Part shown: positions 62,390 through 64,000 of the stretch, one piece after another
Layout: each line of letters opens with the position of its first letter
Numbering within the stretch: the first letter of the stretch is position 1
From: Camelus dromedarius
Lineage: Eukaryota
NCBI RefSeq assembly: GCF_036321535.1
Contig: NC_087436.1
Span: 103,728,001-103,792,000 of the forward strand
DNA: 64,000 bases
Reading direction: 5' to 3'
The notes under the pieces: model-generated
Database searches by the model: none
Told to the model about the DNA's origin: nothing
What the model saw: only the letters and a program-made list of their open reading frames with translations
Program-made: the position numbers and the translations under genes

Positions 62390-63850
62390 GCATCATTCAT
62401 GCCTTCAACAAATATAAAATCAACTACACTTCAATTGATTTCTTTTTAGCTGAGCTCCCATCATATGCCAGGCACTGTCTAGGCACTGAGGATACAGTGT
62501 CAAAAATCTCTGCCCTCATGGAGCTTATATTCAGTGGATGAAAAATGGTCAATAATACAAAAAATTAGTAAAGTAGATAGGACATTGCTATGGAAGCAAA
62601 GACAAGCAAGGGAGATAGGAAGTGTGATTTTATAGAGAGTGGTAACAAAAGGCTTCACTGACATGGCATTTGAGCAAAGCCTGAAACAGTTGAGGGGGAA
62701 AGTCACACATACCTGGATGAAGGTGACTGACAACAAGGGGCCCTGGAGGAACAAAAAGGAGGCAAGTGTGTTTGAAGGAGTGACAGAGCGAGAAAGACAT
62801 GGGAAATGAAATTGGAAGGTTTTGGCAGAGGTGCAGATCATAAGACTCTGGCAATTCTACTGAGTTGCTCAACAAAGGAAGATGTTGAGCAAATGATTGC
62901 TTTGGTCTGACTTCCACACCTTCATTTCTATGTACAGACATGAGGTAGGAGAAAAAAGAACGGGATCTAGAGATCATCTAGAAGGCTGCTGCAACTCACC
63001 ACTGAAAGGGGAAAGGTAATGCTGGTTTGATGATGGGAGTGCAGATGGTAATAACTGTCATATTCTTGGAGCATTTTCCAAACAGAGCCTCCAGAAATTC
63101 CCAACCAGCTGGATATGGTTATGAAAACAGAACAAAACCAAAGGAATCAGAGATGATTCTTTACATCACTGGCCTGAACAATTAGAGTTCTTATTAGCTC
63201 ACATGGGAAGACTGGCCATGGATCAACTGGGAGGGCAGATGAGGAGTCAGGTGTAGATATGGGATGTTGGAGGGAACTATTCAATGGAGGTGCAAGCTGG
63301 GGCGTACAAGGGAGAAGCCTGGGTTAGAGACAGAAACTTCGGAGGCACCAGCTATATGTGATATTTCAAGTTCTAAGACTGGATAAGATCACCAATGAAG
63401 TGGGTATAGATGGAGAAGAGAAGAGGACAAAGAGGACAAGTCCTGAGGTCCTCCAACATTTGGAATCAAGAAGAAAAAAATTTCGCTGAAGAGAGCCCAG
63501 TGAGGTATCCCCAAGTCAGGACAGTGCTCCAGAAGCCCAGAGAAACAAGAGTTTCCAGGAGGAAGAAGTGAGCGAGAGTGATAAATGTTGCTAATAGGTC
63601 AAGTAAGACAAGAACTGAGAATCAACAGTCAGATCCAGCAGCTGTGACGTGACTGTGACAAGAGCTAATTGGATGACATGGTTGGAACGAAGTCTGGCTG
63701 ATAGAGCCTTGGGAGAGAATGGGAAGAGAATTGTAGCAGACAGTGAGAACAGACAGATCTTTCAAAGGCTTTTCCAGTAAAGGGAAGGGAATGGGAAAAG
63801 AAGAAAGAAGGAGGAAGGAAATGAGTGGTGTACCGAGGGGTAGGGGACAT
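62390..63850 (-). mobile_element. Long L2 fragment
   Basis: CATTCATGCCTTCAACAAATAT…ATGCCAGGCACTGTCTAGGCACTGAGGATACAG…CTGCCCTCATGGAGCTTATATTC, continuing through purine-rich antisense L2 body. Confidence 0.85.
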
Positions 63851-64000
63851 GGAGAAGCCCACCATGGTGCAAGCAATAAGATGATGTAATATCTACAGAG
63901 AATTTTAAAACAATTTTTTAAGAAACTGACTCAAACTCAGAGCGCTTTGTATTATTACCATGGGACAAGTGTTCTAAACAATATCAACATAAAATACTCC

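Overview
Mammalian non-coding DNA, most likely camelid: there is a tRNA-Ala-derived Vic-1-type SINE at 21532-21628 and an artiodactyl-type Tigger1 derivative. I found no credible protein-coding gene. The only recognisable protein sequence comes from retroelements: L1 ORF2 C-termini, plus possible CR1 endonuclease and LTR-element RNase H relics. The window is a mosaic of MIR, L2, L1, MaLR/ERVL/ERV1 solo LTRs, DNA-transposon fossils and microsatellites, with repeat-poor stretches that may be regulatory. The best sequence-level observations are: (1) a near full-length 7SK snRNA retrocopy with TSD inside a MaLR internal region; (2) a 32-bp exact copy of unique DNA from about 1.85 kb upstream, sitting next to a (TA)n tract inside an L1 3' UTR (templated insertion); (3) a ~38-bp L1 insertion with TSD; (4) a possible spliced + strand transcript downstream of an RFX-like motif cluster; (5) a WKPVAYFS RNase H-like relic. 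Repeat subfamily names come from recalled consensus sequences, not a database search. Boundaries without TSDs are approximate. I cannot support a claim of a new biological system from this sequence alone.
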